Shown piece by piece: positions 1 to 9,907 of a stretch of 64,000 bases of DNA (position 1 is the stretch's first letter; every line of letters begins with the position of its first letter). A program made the position numbers and the translations under genes. The DNA comes from Candidatus Melainabacteria bacterium (GTDB lineage: Bacteria; Cyanobacteriota; Vampirovibrionia; 2-02-FULL-35-15). Location of the stretch: positions 69,184 to 133,183 of the forward strand of contig JACQBQ010000010.1 of assembly GCA_016201905.1 (NCBI GenBank), read 5' to 3'. The notes beneath the pieces are model-generated. The model was not told the DNA's origin. It saw nothing but the letters and a program-made list of their open reading frames with translations, and did no database searches.

Positions 1-415
1 CATTTAGCATTACCGGACTTACATCGGTAAGCTTTGCTGCATCTACCATAGCCTTAAAATCTAAACCATAGTAATTAACATCTGAGCGTATAGATTCTAT
101 TTCTTCTTTTTTTATAGTGCCTGCATTATAAAACACAATGCCACCAGATTTAACATCAGGCACATGTACTGCTGGTGAAGTTTTATTGAAAAGCAAAACC
201 ACCTCAGGCTCTTCACCATGGTCATATTGTTTCTCTGTACCAATTGCCATTTGCAACCAGACATGACCACCACGAATTGCTGATTGGAAAGAATTATATG
301 CTAGAACATGCAGACCCATACGCGAGCAAGTTTTACCAAGTAATTCTCCAGTAGACTGTATTCCATCTCCAGCTGCACCTGCAATTCTTACTATTATGTT
401 ATTTTTATTTGCCAT
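1..415 (-). CDS. 2-oxoacid:ferredoxin oxidoreductase gamma subunit (PorG-like); partial, 3' end runs off the window
   Basis: Minus-strand translation from the ATG at 415 gives MANKNNIIVRIAGAAGDGIQSTGELLGKT..., with the IAGxGGxG-type motif typical of pyruvate/2-oxoacid ferredoxin oxidoreductase gamma subunits. Confidence 0.6.
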   Translation of the reverse strand, partial: MANKNNIIVRIAGAAGDGIQSTGELLGKTCSRMGLHVLAYNSFQSAIRGGHVWLQMAIGTEKQYDHGEEPEVVLLFNKTSPAVHVPDVKSGGIVFYNAGTIKKEEIESIRSDVNYYGLDFKAMVDAAKLTDVSPVMLN

Positions 416-511
416 TTCAAATAATTATACTAAAAGAATTTTCCGTACTGATAATTATAGGATTTGTCTGATTTATTCGGCAAATCCGATAATATGTGAA
501 GCTTGACCGTT

Positions 512-537
512 AAAAGTGCAAACTTGTTTTGCACTTT
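512..537 (-). terminator. 10-bp-stem hairpin (AAAGTGCAAA/TTTGCACTTT, 5-nt loop) downstream of the suf operon; candidate intrinsic terminator or operator
   Basis: Perfect inverted repeat at 513-522 and 528-537. It lies about 85 nt past the sufT stop on the transcribed strand and is followed by a short U-rich tract on the minus strand. Confidence 0.35.
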
Positions 538-619
538 ATAAAAACAATTTTATCCGATTTTTAATTATAAATACCAGAAAATTTATTATGTATCTCACAG
601 TAAAAAAAGCTGCTTTCAG

Positions 620-937
620 TTAAAAAATCCCTAACTGATCCTTAGCCTCCTCACTTGCCATTGTTTTTGGGTCCCACTTTGGAGTCCAAACCAATTTTAC
701 TTCAGCATCTTCAATGCCTGAAAGACTAGCTGCTTTAGTATGAACTGCTGCCATAAGTTGTGGGCCTACAGGACAGCCAGGACTTGTTAAGGTCATCTCT
801 ACTAAGATTTTTTTACCATCATTTTGAAACTCAACATTATAAATCAACCCTAAGTCAACTATACTTACACTTAATTCAGGATCTTGAATTGGCTTTAATG
901 CTTCAAACACCTGCTCTTTTGTTAGTAATTCATTCAT
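620..937 (-). CDS. sufT: Fe-S assembly protein SufT (DUF59/MIP18 family)
   Basis: About 105-aa DUF59-like sequence (..LTSPGCPVGPQL..) as the last gene of the suf operon. I prefer the ATG at 937 (AAAGGA RBS 12 nt upstream) over the GTG at 955 used in the ORF track. Confidence 0.6.
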   Translation of the reverse strand: MNELLTKEQVFEALKPIQDPELSVSIVDLGLIYNVEFQNDGKKILVEMTLTSPGCPVGPQLMAAVHTKAASLSGIEDAEVKLVWTPKWDPKTMASEEAKDQLGIF

Positions 938-962
938 AATATTTATTCCTTTCACTCATTAT

Positions 963-989
963 CAGGGCAGGATAAATCCTGCCCCTACA
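963..989 (-). promoter_or_regulatory. Conserved palindromic hairpin element (copy 1) immediately upstream of the sufT RBS
   Basis: CAGGGCAGGATAAATCCTGCCCCTACA contains the palindrome GGGCAGGAT-AAA-TCCTGCCC. The same 22-nt core plus the flanking ATTTATTCCT (RBS region) recurs at 2745-2774. Confidence 0.4.
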
Positions 990-995
990 ATTATG

Positions 996-1463
996 TCACG
1001 AAATCTCTACATGTTCATGTCCAAGCAATGCCTCTTCAAAAGTAGTCCACGGTAAAAGGGCACATTTAATACGTACTGGAAATTTCTTAACACCACATAA
1101 TGCTTCTAAATCTCCAATGTCAATTTCAGTGTCGTTTATCTTATCATGCATAATTTCTTTTAAATATTTTGAGATTTCCTTAGCCTCAGCAATAGTTTTA
1201 CCCTTTAAAATATCTGCAAGCATAGAACCAGATGCAACACTGATTGAACACCCATGTCCTTCAATATGAACCTTTTCAATTTTTTTATCATTTTCACTGT
1301 CTAACTGTAGAGTAAGTTTCACTTCATCTCCACACAAAGGATTCATGCCTTCAGCCTGATAATTAACTTTTGACAAGGGTTCTCTGCCATGTGGATTACG
1401 ATAATGTTCAAGGATAATTTCCTTGTACAAATCATCTAGTTGTGGTAGCGTTTTGTTTTGCAT
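996..1463 (-). CDS. sufU: SufU/IscU-like Fe-S scaffold and sulfur-transfer protein
   Basis: 155 aa with NifU/IscU-type conserved Cys residues (CGD..., GHGCSIS). It lies directly downstream of sufS. Confidence 0.8.
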   Translation of the reverse strand: MQNKTLPQLDDLYKEIILEHYRNPHGREPLSKVNYQAEGMNPLCGDEVKLTLQLDSENDKKIEKVHIEGHGCSISVASGSMLADILKGKTIAEAKEISKYLKEIMHDKINDTEIDIGDLEALCGVKKFPVRIKCALLPWTTFEEALLGHEHVEIS

Positions 1464-2724
1464 TAATTTTACCTTTTATCAATTCATTACAAGCACCAAT
1501 TGCAAAATAATCAAATGCTTTTTTTAGAGCATAAACAAAGAGATCAATTTCCTCTTTAGTGTTATAAAAATAAAAGCTTGCTCTTGCTGTAGCAGAAACA
1601 TTTAATTTCTTCATTAACGGCTGTGCACAGTGGTGACCAGCTCTAATTGCAATACCATATTGATCAACTATTGTGGCAATATCATGCGGGTGTACAACCG
1701 GATTACTGAAAGTAATAATTCCTGCTCTTTTATTACAATCCTTTGCACCATATATTTTTAAAAAATCAAATTGTTTTAATTTATCCAGTGCATATTCTGT
1801 AAGTTCACACTCATATTTATAGATATTTTCCAAGCCTATATTTTGAAGATAATCAATAGCAACTCCAAAAGCAATAACATCAGCAATATTTGGTGTTCCA
1901 GCTTCAAATTTCCAGGGAAGATCGTTTGTAGTAAAATCTTCAAAAGTCACCTTGCGAATCATTTCGCCACCACCTAAAAAAGGCGGCATCTTTTCCAAAT
2001 ATTCTCTTCTTCCAACCAAAACACCAACACCTGTAGGTCCACACATTTTATGTGATGAAAAGACAAGAAAATCACAGCCCAAGTCTTGAAAATCAACACT
2101 TAAGTGAGGAGCGCTTTGAGCTGCATCTACAATAAATACTGCTCCATTAGCTTTTGCAATTTGAGCAATTTTTTTAATGTTATTGACAGTACCCAAAACA
2201 TTTGATTTATGAGTGAGTGAAATTATTTTTGTTTTCTTTGTGACTAATTGTTCTAAGCTTTTATAGTCCAATTCATAATTATCAGTTATCGGTATAAATT
2301 TTACTTTTATTTTTTTTCTACTTCTTAATATATACCATGGGATTATATTTGAGTGATGCTCCATTTCTGAGAGTAAAATCTCATCACCTTCATTCACAAA
2401 TAGCTCACCAAGAGAATAAGCAAGGAGATTAAGTGACTCAGTAGTATTTCTTGTGAAGATTACTTCATCTTCATTTCTTGCACCTATAAAGCTCTTAACT
2501 TTTTGCCTTACCTCTTCATATGCACAAGTAGCCTCTTCAGCCATTTTGTGAACACCACGATGAATATTTGCATTGTAATTTTCATAATATTTCACCAATG
2601 AATCAATAACAACTTTAGGCTTTTGAGAGGTAGCAGCATTATCAAAATAAATCAACTTGTTTCCATCAGTGATTTTACGTTCTAAAATTGGAAAATCTTT
2701 TCTTATTTTATTTATATCAAACAC
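1432..2724 (-). CDS. sufS: Cysteine desulfurase SufS (class V aminotransferase, group II)
   Basis: 430 aa with a PLP-Lys region (SSHKMCGPTG) and a C-terminal RAGHHCAQP active-site Cys loop. GTG start with an AGAGGAA RBS. Confidence 0.9.
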   Translation of the reverse strand: MFDINKIRKDFPILERKITDGNKLIYFDNAATSQKPKVVIDSLVKYYENYNANIHRGVHKMAEEATCAYEEVRQKVKSFIGARNEDEVIFTRNTTESLNLLAYSLGELFVNEGDEILLSEMEHHSNIIPWYILRSRKKIKVKFIPITDNYELDYKSLEQLVTKKTKIISLTHKSNVLGTVNNIKKIAQIAKANGAVFIVDAAQSAPHLSVDFQDLGCDFLVFSSHKMCGPTGVGVLVGRREYLEKMPPFLGGGEMIRKVTFEDFTTNDLPWKFEAGTPNIADVIAFGVAIDYLQNIGLENIYKYECELTEYALDKLKQFDFLKIYGAKDCNKRAGIITFSNPVVHPHDIATIVDQYGIAIRAGHHCAQPLMKKLNVSATARASFYFYNTKEEIDLFVYALKKAFDYFAIGACNELIKGKINAKQNATTTR

Positions 2725-2744
2725 GTTCTATTTATTCCTCTTGT

Positions 2745-2774
2745 CAGAGGGACAGGATAAATCCTGCCCCTACA
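2745..2774 (-). promoter_or_regulatory. Conserved palindromic hairpin element (copy 2) immediately upstream of the sufS RBS
   Basis: CAGAGGGACAGGATAAATCCTGCCCCTACA. It shares CAGGATAAATCCTGCCCCTACA with copy 1, and both precede an AGGAATAAATA RBS block. Confidence 0.4.
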
Positions 2775-2777
2775 CTT

Positions 2778-3098
2778 CTATTCCATAATTTCAATTTCCA
2801 ACTCATCACTTAATATTTTAACCTTATAAGTTTTAATCGGTGCTACAGCAGGCATTCTTGTTGCCTCTCCTGTTTTCACATTAAACCTTGCTCCATGTCG
2901 AGGACACTCAAGTTGACAATTTTCAACCAGTAAGCCTTGTCCTGAAACAAGCTCACCTTCATCATGAGAACAAACATCCTCAATGGCAAAGTACTCATTA
3001 TTTACATTACAAACAACAATTTTACTATCACCAAAACTATATGACTTTGCTTGTCCGGAAGTAATTTCAGATTTTTTAATTTTGGTTTTTGTTGTCAT
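2778..3098 (-). CDS. Rieske [2Fe-2S] ferredoxin-like protein embedded in the suf operon
   Basis: 106 aa with the two Rieske boxes CSH...(17)...CPRH. Confidence 0.75.
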   Translation of the reverse strand: MTTKTKIKKSEITSGQAKSYSFGDSKIVVCNVNNEYFAIEDVCSHDEGELVSGQGLLVENCQLECPRHGARFNVKTGEATRMPAVAPIKTYKVKILSDELEIEIME

Positions 3099-3100
3099 TT

Positions 3101-4294
3101 TTATAAAATTTGCAGCTTTGCATTTATTCTATCTTCAACTTCTTTTTTCAGGTTTTCATCAGGAATTTTCGAAATTGTTGGTTCAAGAAAGCCTTCTATA
3201 ATAAGCCTTTCCGCTTCTTTCTCAGTCAACCCCCTAGACATTAAATAATAAATCTGACTCTTATCTACCCGCCCAACAGTTACTCCATGATTACACCTAA
3301 TTACATCATTAGTTAATATTTCAAGCTCGGGTATTGATTCTGCTTTTGCATCTTCAGATAAAAGCAGATTTCTGTTTTCTTGATGTGCATCTGATTTTAT
3401 TGCTTCATGACTGATTTTTAAATTACCCGTATATGCTGAACGAGCTTTATCTTTTAATGCAACTCTAAAATCTAATTCTGATTTTGTATGTGGAGCCAGA
3501 TGATGAATCCTTGTATGGTGATCAAAGCGTTGCAGGGCATCACCTAAAACAATCCCGTGTATAGATGTAGCTGAATTGGTTTCTGCTAATTTCACTCCCA
3601 GATCACATTTTGATAATTTTCCACCCAAACCAATAATCAAATTAGTAAAATTTGAGTTCTTACCAACTTTTGTTCGCTGATATAAATGCTGAATAGCCTG
3701 CGAGCCCTGAGTATGAAGACTTAGATAATTAAGACTTACATCATTTTCTAAAACTATTTCTATAACAGCATTTATACATTGAGCATCGGCATCATTTGCA
3801 GTAAACTCACCAATTATATTTACGTCAGAACCTTGTTCAACTAGAATCAAACCTCTAACACATTCATATGCATTTAATGCCTGGCTGTGAAATTTATATC
3901 TAAGTGTTTTTTGCTTTGTACCACTTGGTATTCTTATAAAAAAGCCTTTATAAAATGCATCATTTATGCAAGTCAATCTGCTTGGAGTAATTAATTTCCC
4001 ATATAAATTTTTCTGAAAATGCTCTCCCAAATCAAGAGGATGGTAATAATCTGGCTCACCTTCATATTGTAAGCACTTATCAGTTGTTAATGAAATATTT
4101 CTTTGCCCAATCTCAAACCCTAATGGATCAGAATATTTCCACACATGGGAGACTCTGTCAGGAATTGGATATTGTTGAAGATCCTTTAAAGCATTAATCC
4201 TCATTTGCCTAACAGATTCTGGTTCATTTCTTGCCATTGAAATTGTTTGAACAATCTCTTCAAGGTTATTTACATTTTCAATCACGCTGGGCAT
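3101..4294 (-). CDS. sufD: Fe-S cluster assembly protein SufD
   Basis: 397 aa SufB/SufD-family beta-helix protein located between sufB and the Rieske/sufS genes. Confidence 0.8.
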   Translation of the reverse strand: MPSVIENVNNLEEIVQTISMARNEPESVRQMRINALKDLQQYPIPDRVSHVWKYSDPLGFEIGQRNISLTTDKCLQYEGEPDYYHPLDLGEHFQKNLYGKLITPSRLTCINDAFYKGFFIRIPSGTKQKTLRYKFHSQALNAYECVRGLILVEQGSDVNIIGEFTANDADAQCINAVIEIVLENDVSLNYLSLHTQGSQAIQHLYQRTKVGKNSNFTNLIIGLGGKLSKCDLGVKLAETNSATSIHGIVLGDALQRFDHHTRIHHLAPHTKSELDFRVALKDKARSAYTGNLKISHEAIKSDAHQENRNLLLSEDAKAESIPELEILTNDVIRCNHGVTVGRVDKSQIYYLMSRGLTEKEAERLIIEGFLEPTISKIPDENLKKEVEDRINAKLQIL

Positions 4295-4318
4295 AATTTA
4301 AAAAATCGCTCACTAAAC

Positions 4319-5719
4319 TTAACCAACAGACCCTTCCATTTCAAGTTCAATTAAACGATTAAGCTCAACTGCATATTCCATTGGAAGCTCTTTTACAAAC
4401 GGCTCCATAAAACCGTTTACTATCATTAGCTTTGATTGTTCTTCAGATAGTCCTCGACTCATAAGATAAAACAATTTTTCATCTTCAATTTTACTAACTG
4501 TAGCCTCATGCTCAATCCTTACATCTTTTTCATCAATTTCCATTGTCGGGTAAGTATCTGAACGAGACTTTTCATCAAGCATTAGGGCATCACACTTTAT
4601 AGTTGACTTAACATTGGTAGCTCCTTTGTGAACTTTCAATAAACCACGATAGCTTGCTCTGCCACCACCTCTTGAAATAGATTTGGAAGTAATAACAGAT
4701 GTAGTATCAGGTGCTACATGAATTATTTTTGCTCCAGCATCTTGATGCTGATCTGAGCCACTGGCAAGTGCTACTGAAACAACTTCACCATGCGCATGCT
4801 TACCAACCAAGTAAATCGATGGATATTTCATGGTTAATTTTGATCCCATGTTTCCATCCAGCCACTCTACGACTGCATTTTCATGTGCAACTGCTCTTTT
4901 AGTTACCAGGTTATAAACATTCTTTGACCAGTTTTGAATAGTGGTATATCTGATTTTTGCGCCTTTTAGAGCAATGAGCTCAACCACTGCTGAATGTAAT
5001 GAATCTGAGCTATAGGTAGGTGCAGTACAGCCTTCAATGTAGTGAACCGAACTGCCCTCATCAGCAATAATAAGAGTTCTTTCAAACTGACCCATATTTT
5101 CTGTATTAATCCTAAAGTATGCCTGCAAAGGTATCTCTACCTTTGTATTTGGTGGGATATAAACAAATGATCCACCAGACCAAACAGCGCTGTTTAATGC
5201 CGCAAATTTATTGTCTTCGGGAGGAATTATACTTGCAAAATATTTTTTGACAATTTCAGGATGATCTCGTAATCCACTATCCATATCTAAAAAAATCACA
5301 CCAAGCTTATTAAGATCTTCTCTTAGAGAGTGATAAACAACTTCTGATTCATATTGAGCAGATACACCTGCCAGAAATTTTCTTTCTGCTTCAGGAATAC
5401 CCAGCCTGTCAAAAGTGTTTTTAATTTCTTTTGGAACTTCCTCCCAAGTTTTACCTTGTTTTTCAGTAGGCTTTACATAGTAAAAAATATTCTCAAAATC
5501 AATTTCACTTAAAAGTTTTGTATTACCCCATTTTGGCATTGGTTTTTTAGAGAAAACATCAAGTGACTTTAATCGAAATGCTGTCATCCATTCAGGTTCT
5601 TTTTTCATTCGGGATATACTTGAGACTAGTTCGACTGACAGTCCTCTTCCTGACTTAAAGCTGTAATTTTCCGGATCATGAAATCCATACTGATATTCTT
5701 GATTTAATTCTAATGCCAT
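4319..5719 (-). CDS. sufB: Fe-S cluster assembly protein SufB
   Basis: 466 aa, strongly SufB-like throughout (..[22 protein letters not shown]..). Confidence 0.9.
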   Translation of the reverse strand: MALELNQEYQYGFHDPENYSFKSGRGLSVELVSSISRMKKEPEWMTAFRLKSLDVFSKKPMPKWGNTKLLSEIDFENIFYYVKPTEKQGKTWEEVPKEIKNTFDRLGIPEAERKFLAGVSAQYESEVVYHSLREDLNKLGVIFLDMDSGLRDHPEIVKKYFASIIPPEDNKFAALNSAVWSGGSFVYIPPNTKVEIPLQAYFRINTENMGQFERTLIIADEGSSVHYIEGCTAPTYSSDSLHSAVVELIALKGAKIRYTTIQNWSKNVYNLVTKRAVAHENAVVEWLDGNMGSKLTMKYPSIYLVGKHAHGEVVSVALASGSDQHQDAGAKIIHVAPDTTSVITSKSISRGGGRASYRGLLKVHKGATNVKSTIKCDALMLDEKSRSDTYPTMEIDEKDVRIEHEATVSKIEDEKLFYLMSRGLSEEQSKLMIVNGFMEPFVKELPMEYAVELNRLIELEMEGSVG

Positions 5720-5745
5720 TTCTTTTTTCCTTTTCTCTTTTGACG

Positions 5746-6510
5746 CTATTGCTTAAATATCACCTCTTTGTCAGTAAGCCAGTCATATCCTTTCTTTTCC
5801 AACTCTAAAGCTAATTCTGCTCCACCTGACTCAACAATATTTCCATCCACAAACACATGTACCTTATCAGGTTTTATATAGTCCAGCATCCTCTGATAGT
5901 GAGTAATAAGCAAAATACTTACTTGTGGATTTTTCTTCTTATATTTATTTATACTCTCTGCAACAAGTTTCAGTGAATCAATGTCCAAGCCAGAGTCAGG
6001 TTCGTCCAAGATAGCTAGTTTTGGCTCTAACATTGCCATCTGTAGAATTTCCATACGTTTTTTTTCACCACCAGAAAATCCATCATTAACATAACGTGTT
6101 GCAAAAGCATGATCAATTTCAAGATCATCCATTTTTTCATATAATAACTTTCTGAAATCCTTTGGTGAAACAGAGTTTCCTTTCAAAGCTTTATTTGCCT
6201 GTCTTAAAAAGTTTGCTACAGTAACACCCGGTATACTTAACGGGTACTGAAATCCTAAAAACAGTCCAAGTTTTGCCCGTTCATTTGGTTTTAAATTATT
6301 GATTACTGTTCCATTAAAATTTATCTGACCTTGTGAAACCTTATATGCAGGATGCCCCATCAATGTATTTGAAAAAGTACTTTTCCCGGAACCATTACGT
6401 CCCATTACTGCATGAATTTCACCAACATTTACATGTAAATTAAGCCCGTGTAAGATTTGCTTACTATCAATTTCCACATGAAGGTTACTTATTTTTAATA
6501 GCTCTGACAT
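5746..6510 (-). CDS. sufC: Fe-S cluster assembly ATPase SufC
   Basis: 254 aa with Walker [13 protein letters not shown] signature FSGGEKKR and Walker [11 protein letters not shown]. Confidence 0.9.
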   Translation of the reverse strand: MSELLKISNLHVEIDSKQILHGLNLHVNVGEIHAVMGRNGSGKSTFSNTLMGHPAYKVSQGQINFNGTVINNLKPNERAKLGLFLGFQYPLSIPGVTVANFLRQANKALKGNSVSPKDFRKLLYEKMDDLEIDHAFATRYVNDGFSGGEKKRMEILQMAMLEPKLAILDEPDSGLDIDSLKLVAESINKYKKKNPQVSILLITHYQRMLDYIKPDKVHVFVDGNIVESGGAELALELEKKGYDWLTDKEVIFKQ

Positions 6511-6635
6511 TTATCAATCTCTCCATTTTGTTTTTTATATTTTCTCTCTCATTTATTATACTTGACAAATTACTCAAGATTTAGAATATTTTAATTTTCG
6601 ATTTTTTCTTCTCCTTTTTTGTATATCCAATTTTG

Positions 6636-7106
6636 CTAAAAGCTTAATACTAATTGCTTTTTTAAGTACTTACTTAAAAGATCCTCTTTCTCCAAAAGAT
6701 CTTTTAAAGTAATTTGTTTAAAAATATTAAATAAAACTTGCGAAACAGATATCCATACAGATCTTATTGAACAGCAACTGATATGAACACATTTTGAATC
6801 ATTTCCAGGGAACTGCTGACAAGACTCTGTTTCAAATAATTCACCACTTAGTGATCGAATGACTTCATCTAAATAAATTTGTTCTGGCGGACGTAACAAT
6901 TTATACCCACCACTTTTTCCACGAACACTTGCTACCAGATCTTTCCGGCGTAAAACAGTTAATAATTTTGCAGCATAATCTGATGTAATATGCTCTGCTC
7001 TTGCAATATCTTCTAGTGATGCTAACTCATCCTTAGAAGTTATTTGGGCCACCTGTAAAAGGCACCGTAAGCCATATTCTTCCTGTGCTGTAATTTTCAT
7101 TTTCAA
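6636..7106 (-). CDS. Rrf2-family transcriptional regulator (IscR/SufR-like); first gene of the suf operon
   Basis: 156 aa with an N-terminal wHTH (LRCLLQVAQ...) and a C-terminal Cys cluster. Confidence 0.8.
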   Translation of the reverse strand: MKMKITAQEEYGLRCLLQVAQITSKDELASLEDIARAEHITSDYAAKLLTVLRRKDLVASVRGKSGGYKLLRPPEQIYLDEVIRSLSGELFETESCQQFPGNDSKCVHISCCSIRSVWISVSQVLFNIFKQITLKDLLEKEDLLSKYLKKQLVLSF

Positions 7107-7143
7107 TCCTCTAATTCTTCAGATTATACCTATATTATACACA

Positions 7144-7167
7144 AATGTTGACTTTTTATTCAACATT
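7144..7167. promoter_or_regulatory. Inverted repeat AATGTTGA-N8-TCAACATT in the divergent Rrf2 / A-type-carrier intergenic region; candidate Rrf2 operator
   Basis: Perfect 8-bp arms with an 8-nt spacer that overlap a TTGACT (-35-like) hexamer. Confidence 0.35.
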
Positions 7168-7240
7168 AATATTTCCCTTACTTTTAATGGGTATAATAGT
7201 GCTAGCCAAGGTTAATTTAAGCTTAATTAGAAGGTTTTAT

Positions 7241-7663
7241 ATGGAAACAAAAAAACAAAATAATCAAATTGTAAATGTGACTAGCACTGCTCTTGAAGAG
7301 CTTAAAAGGCTTATACAAAAAGAGACAGATAATCCAGATGGCGTCAGATTGAGCTTGCTTGCTGGTGGCTGTTCTGGACTTTCATATCACCTTCAGTTTG
7401 ACAAACTAAAAGAAAAAGATTATATCGATAATCTTGATGGATTGAAAATCATAATAGATCCAAAAAGTGCACTGTATATTAACGGAATTACACTTGATTA
7501 TCAAGGGGGGTTAAACGGAAGAGGTTTTGTTTTCTCAAATCCAAATGCTACAAAATCATGTGGCTGTGGCACTTCATTTTCAGTTGGTGACAAGGAAGTG
7601 ACACTTGAGTTTGTAAGCAGTAAAAAACCAATGAATGTTTGCCCAAGTAGTAATAATAAATAG
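7241..7663 (+). CDS. A-type Fe-S carrier (IscA/SufA/HesB family)
   Basis: HesB-like fold with the C...CGCG signature (KSCGCGTSF). The ORF track starts at 7145 through a hydrophobic artefact; the ATG at 7241 (METKKQ...) is the likely start. Confidence 0.7.
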   Translation: METKKQNNQIVNVTSTALEELKRLIQKETDNPDGVRLSLLAGGCSGLSYHLQFDKLKEKDYIDNLDGLKIIIDPKSALYINGITLDYQGGLNGRGFVFSNPNATKSCGCGTSFSVGDKEVTLEFVSSKKPMNVCPSSNNK

Positions 7664-7720
7664 AATATCTTTCTTAATACAACATTTGCAACAAATTAAT
7701 TAAATATTAGTCATATTTAT

Positions 7721-8170
7721 GTGATGTTACACATGATTGCTAAATTTTTACTTGTCCTTTTATTTATTTCTTCCAACAATCATTGCTATGCAAATCAAGA
7801 TTACCAAGCAATTGTTTTAGGAAAAATAATAAAAAAAGAAGTTAAAGTTGTAAACAACACTTATTTAACTGAGTATAAGTTAAAAACAAAAAAATGGTTT
7901 TTCAAAAAAGATGCAATTAAAAAAACAAAGTTTATAACAATAAAGGTACTTGGTGCTGATTTGCCAGAAAAGGGAATTGTAATTAAAGCATCAACAACAC
8001 CAGACTATATACCAGTTGGTAAAGAAGCAATTTTTTTTCTTGAGCAAAACAAATTGAGACAACCAAATATTTTTACCCTATCCAAAAACGGTGTTATTTA
8101 CAATGACAGTTCATTCAAATTAAAACCAAGTGAAATTGAACATTTATACCAAGAAATAGAGGAGCTTTAA
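7721..8170 (+). CDS. Hypothetical secreted protein (signal peptide)
   Basis: 149 aa with an N-terminal hydrophobic signal and no recognisable domain. Confidence 0.35.
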   Translation: MMLHMIAKFLLVLLFISSNNHCYANQDYQAIVLGKIIKKEVKVVNNTYLTEYKLKTKKWFFKKDAIKKTKFITIKVLGADLPEKGIVIKASTTPDYIPVGKEAIFFLEQNKLRQPNIFTLSKNGVIYNDSSFKLKPSEIEHLYQEIEEL

Positions 8171-8171
8171 A

Positions 8172-9896
8172 ATGAAATTTAGATTTTTCCTACTAGTAAT
8201 ATTTTATGCAATGGTTGTTGTTTGTCTTTTATGCTTAACACCAACAAACTCTTATGCATTCACAAGAATTGTTGATCTTGTATTTGATGGAATGTCTGTA
8301 GAACCAGATAAGTTACAAGAAGTCCTTTCTACTATTAAGAAAAATAAAATCAAAAACAAAAAGATAAAAAATTTAAAAAAGCTTAAACCGGATAAATTAT
8401 TTGTCATTACTGCCAAGCGAAGTAATCCAAAAAATATTCAACTTGAAATTGATACATCAGAAGTGGTTGTTAAAAGCAATAGTGATATTCAAGCACCAAT
8501 ATCAAATCAGGGATTTCTTGATGCTGTGTCAGAAGCTATCTCTTTATGGGGGAATGTTAATATTGCGGATATTTCATTTGCACCACTGAAGTTTGCTTCT
8601 GGTCAAGCTGATCCAAATGACGGAAGAAACATTATTACATTTAGAGGAATAAAAGCACCAGAAGGCGTAGCAGCTGGAAGCAATGTAGTAACCATAGTTA
8701 ATTATGCAAGAACAGACACTGTACAATTCATGAACAAGCTTATTATGGTAAAGCCAGGCACAATATTAGATGCTGACATTGTTTACGATCCAACAAATGA
8801 TCCCTGTTTAGCTCTTGAAACCACTACAGGTGATTTCAAAATTGGTGGAGAGAATGTCAGTGCTGCAGAAGGTGGTGTAGATCCTCAAGCAGATCTTTCA
8901 AGCTGCCAAGCTGTTTCTGGAGGAGATATAACTGATATTGCAGTACAGGGTATTGCCAGTGTGCTAGGACTGGAATCCTCAGCAATTGTAAGTGCTGCAA
9001 ATACACATGTTGCACAAATTATGGAAAGATATGCCCTGACTAATGACGATAAAATTAGTGTTGCAAACCTTTATCCAGCTATAGAGAATTTAAAAGATAG
9101 AGGCACAATAAAAGGAAAAGTTCTGCTAAATAAAAAACCCGTAAGAGGTGCTCATGTAGTTCTTGAAGACACGATGACTGGTGAGCCTGTTACTAGTGCA
9201 GTAACAACCATTTCTGGAAACTTCATAATTAAAGCAATTCCTGCAGGCACATATACAGCATATGCAGAGCCATTAGATGGACCAATCAGGAAAAATGCTC
9301 TCATGTTAAACTTTTTTACCTTTACTCCTGATTTAAATTTTACAACCGGTGTTAATCCAACACCAGTTACAATATCATCCCAAAAAACAACAAGTTTAAA
9401 TATAGAAGTCAAAGAACTTTCTGCATCAGCATTTAATATTAATGTTCAAACCAGCGCCCTAAATGAAACAGACATAAATGCTGCAGGAGGTGCAGCTCTA
9501 GCACCTATAAGAATAATGCCTGGTGAAACACTAACAAATGTTCAATTCTGGGGAGATAATATAAGCACTGACTTTGGAACACTTTCTATTAGCGGACCTG
9601 GCGTGACTTTAAGCAATATTAAGAATGCAAGTATTCCTGTTTCACCATTTGTAAGGTGCAGCAACTGCGAAGATACTCCGACTACTATGTGTAAAAGAGA
9701 TTCACGCTGTCCAGATACCCAGGAAATTACAGCTGAACCAGATCAAATACCAGGGCTTACAGCTGATATAACTTGTGATCCGGCAACAGCACCTGGTCCA
9801 AGAAACATAATTTTTACTGGCGATCAAGTAGACATGACCCACCCTAGCTTTGGACTAAGAGATCAAATTACCGGTGGACTGGTTATTACAGAGTAA
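8172..9896 (+). CDS. Large secreted protein with a carboxypeptidase-regulatory-like beta-sandwich and a Cys-rich C-terminus
   Basis: 574 aa with a signal peptide. The segment GKVLLNKKPVRGAHVVLED...GNFIIKAIPAGTYTAYAEP resembles CarboxypepD_reg. Confidence 0.4.
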   Translation: MKFRFFLLVIFYAMVVVCLLCLTPTNSYAFTRIVDLVFDGMSVEPDKLQEVLSTIKKNKIKNKKIKNLKKLKPDKLFVITAKRSNPKNIQLEIDTSEVVVKSNSDIQAPISNQGFLDAVSEAISLWGNVNIADISFAPLKFASGQADPNDGRNIITFRGIKAPEGVAAGSNVVTIVNYARTDTVQFMNKLIMVKPGTILDADIVYDPTNDPCLALETTTGDFKIGGENVSAAEGGVDPQADLSSCQAVSGGDITDIAVQGIASVLGLESSAIVSAANTHVAQIMERYALTNDDKISVANLYPAIENLKDRGTIKGKVLLNKKPVRGAHVVLEDTMTGEPVTSAVTTISGNFIIKAIPAGTYTAYAEPLDGPIRKNALMLNFFTFTPDLNFTTGVNPTPVTISSQKTTSLNIEVKELSASAFNINVQTSALNETDINAAGGAALAPIRIMPGETLTNVQFWGDNISTDFGTLSISGPGVTLSNIKNASIPVSPFVRCSNCEDTPTTMCKRDSRCPDTQEITAEPDQIPGLTADITCDPATAPGPRNIIFTGDQVDMTHPSFGLRDQITGGLVITE

Positions 9897-9907
9897 ATAA
9901 AATGCTT

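Noticed and set aside
2983-4902. Small plus-strand ORFs (2983-3201, 3051-3248, 4711-4902) antisense to the Rieske, sufD and sufB genes
   Set aside because: They overlap strongly conserved genes on the opposite strand and have low-complexity translations. They are spurious.
7145-7240. N-terminal 32-aa hydrophobic extension of the A-type carrier ORF
   Set aside because: It overlaps the promoter and operator region. The conserved HesB fold begins after the ATG at 7241, so the extension is an ORF-caller artefact.
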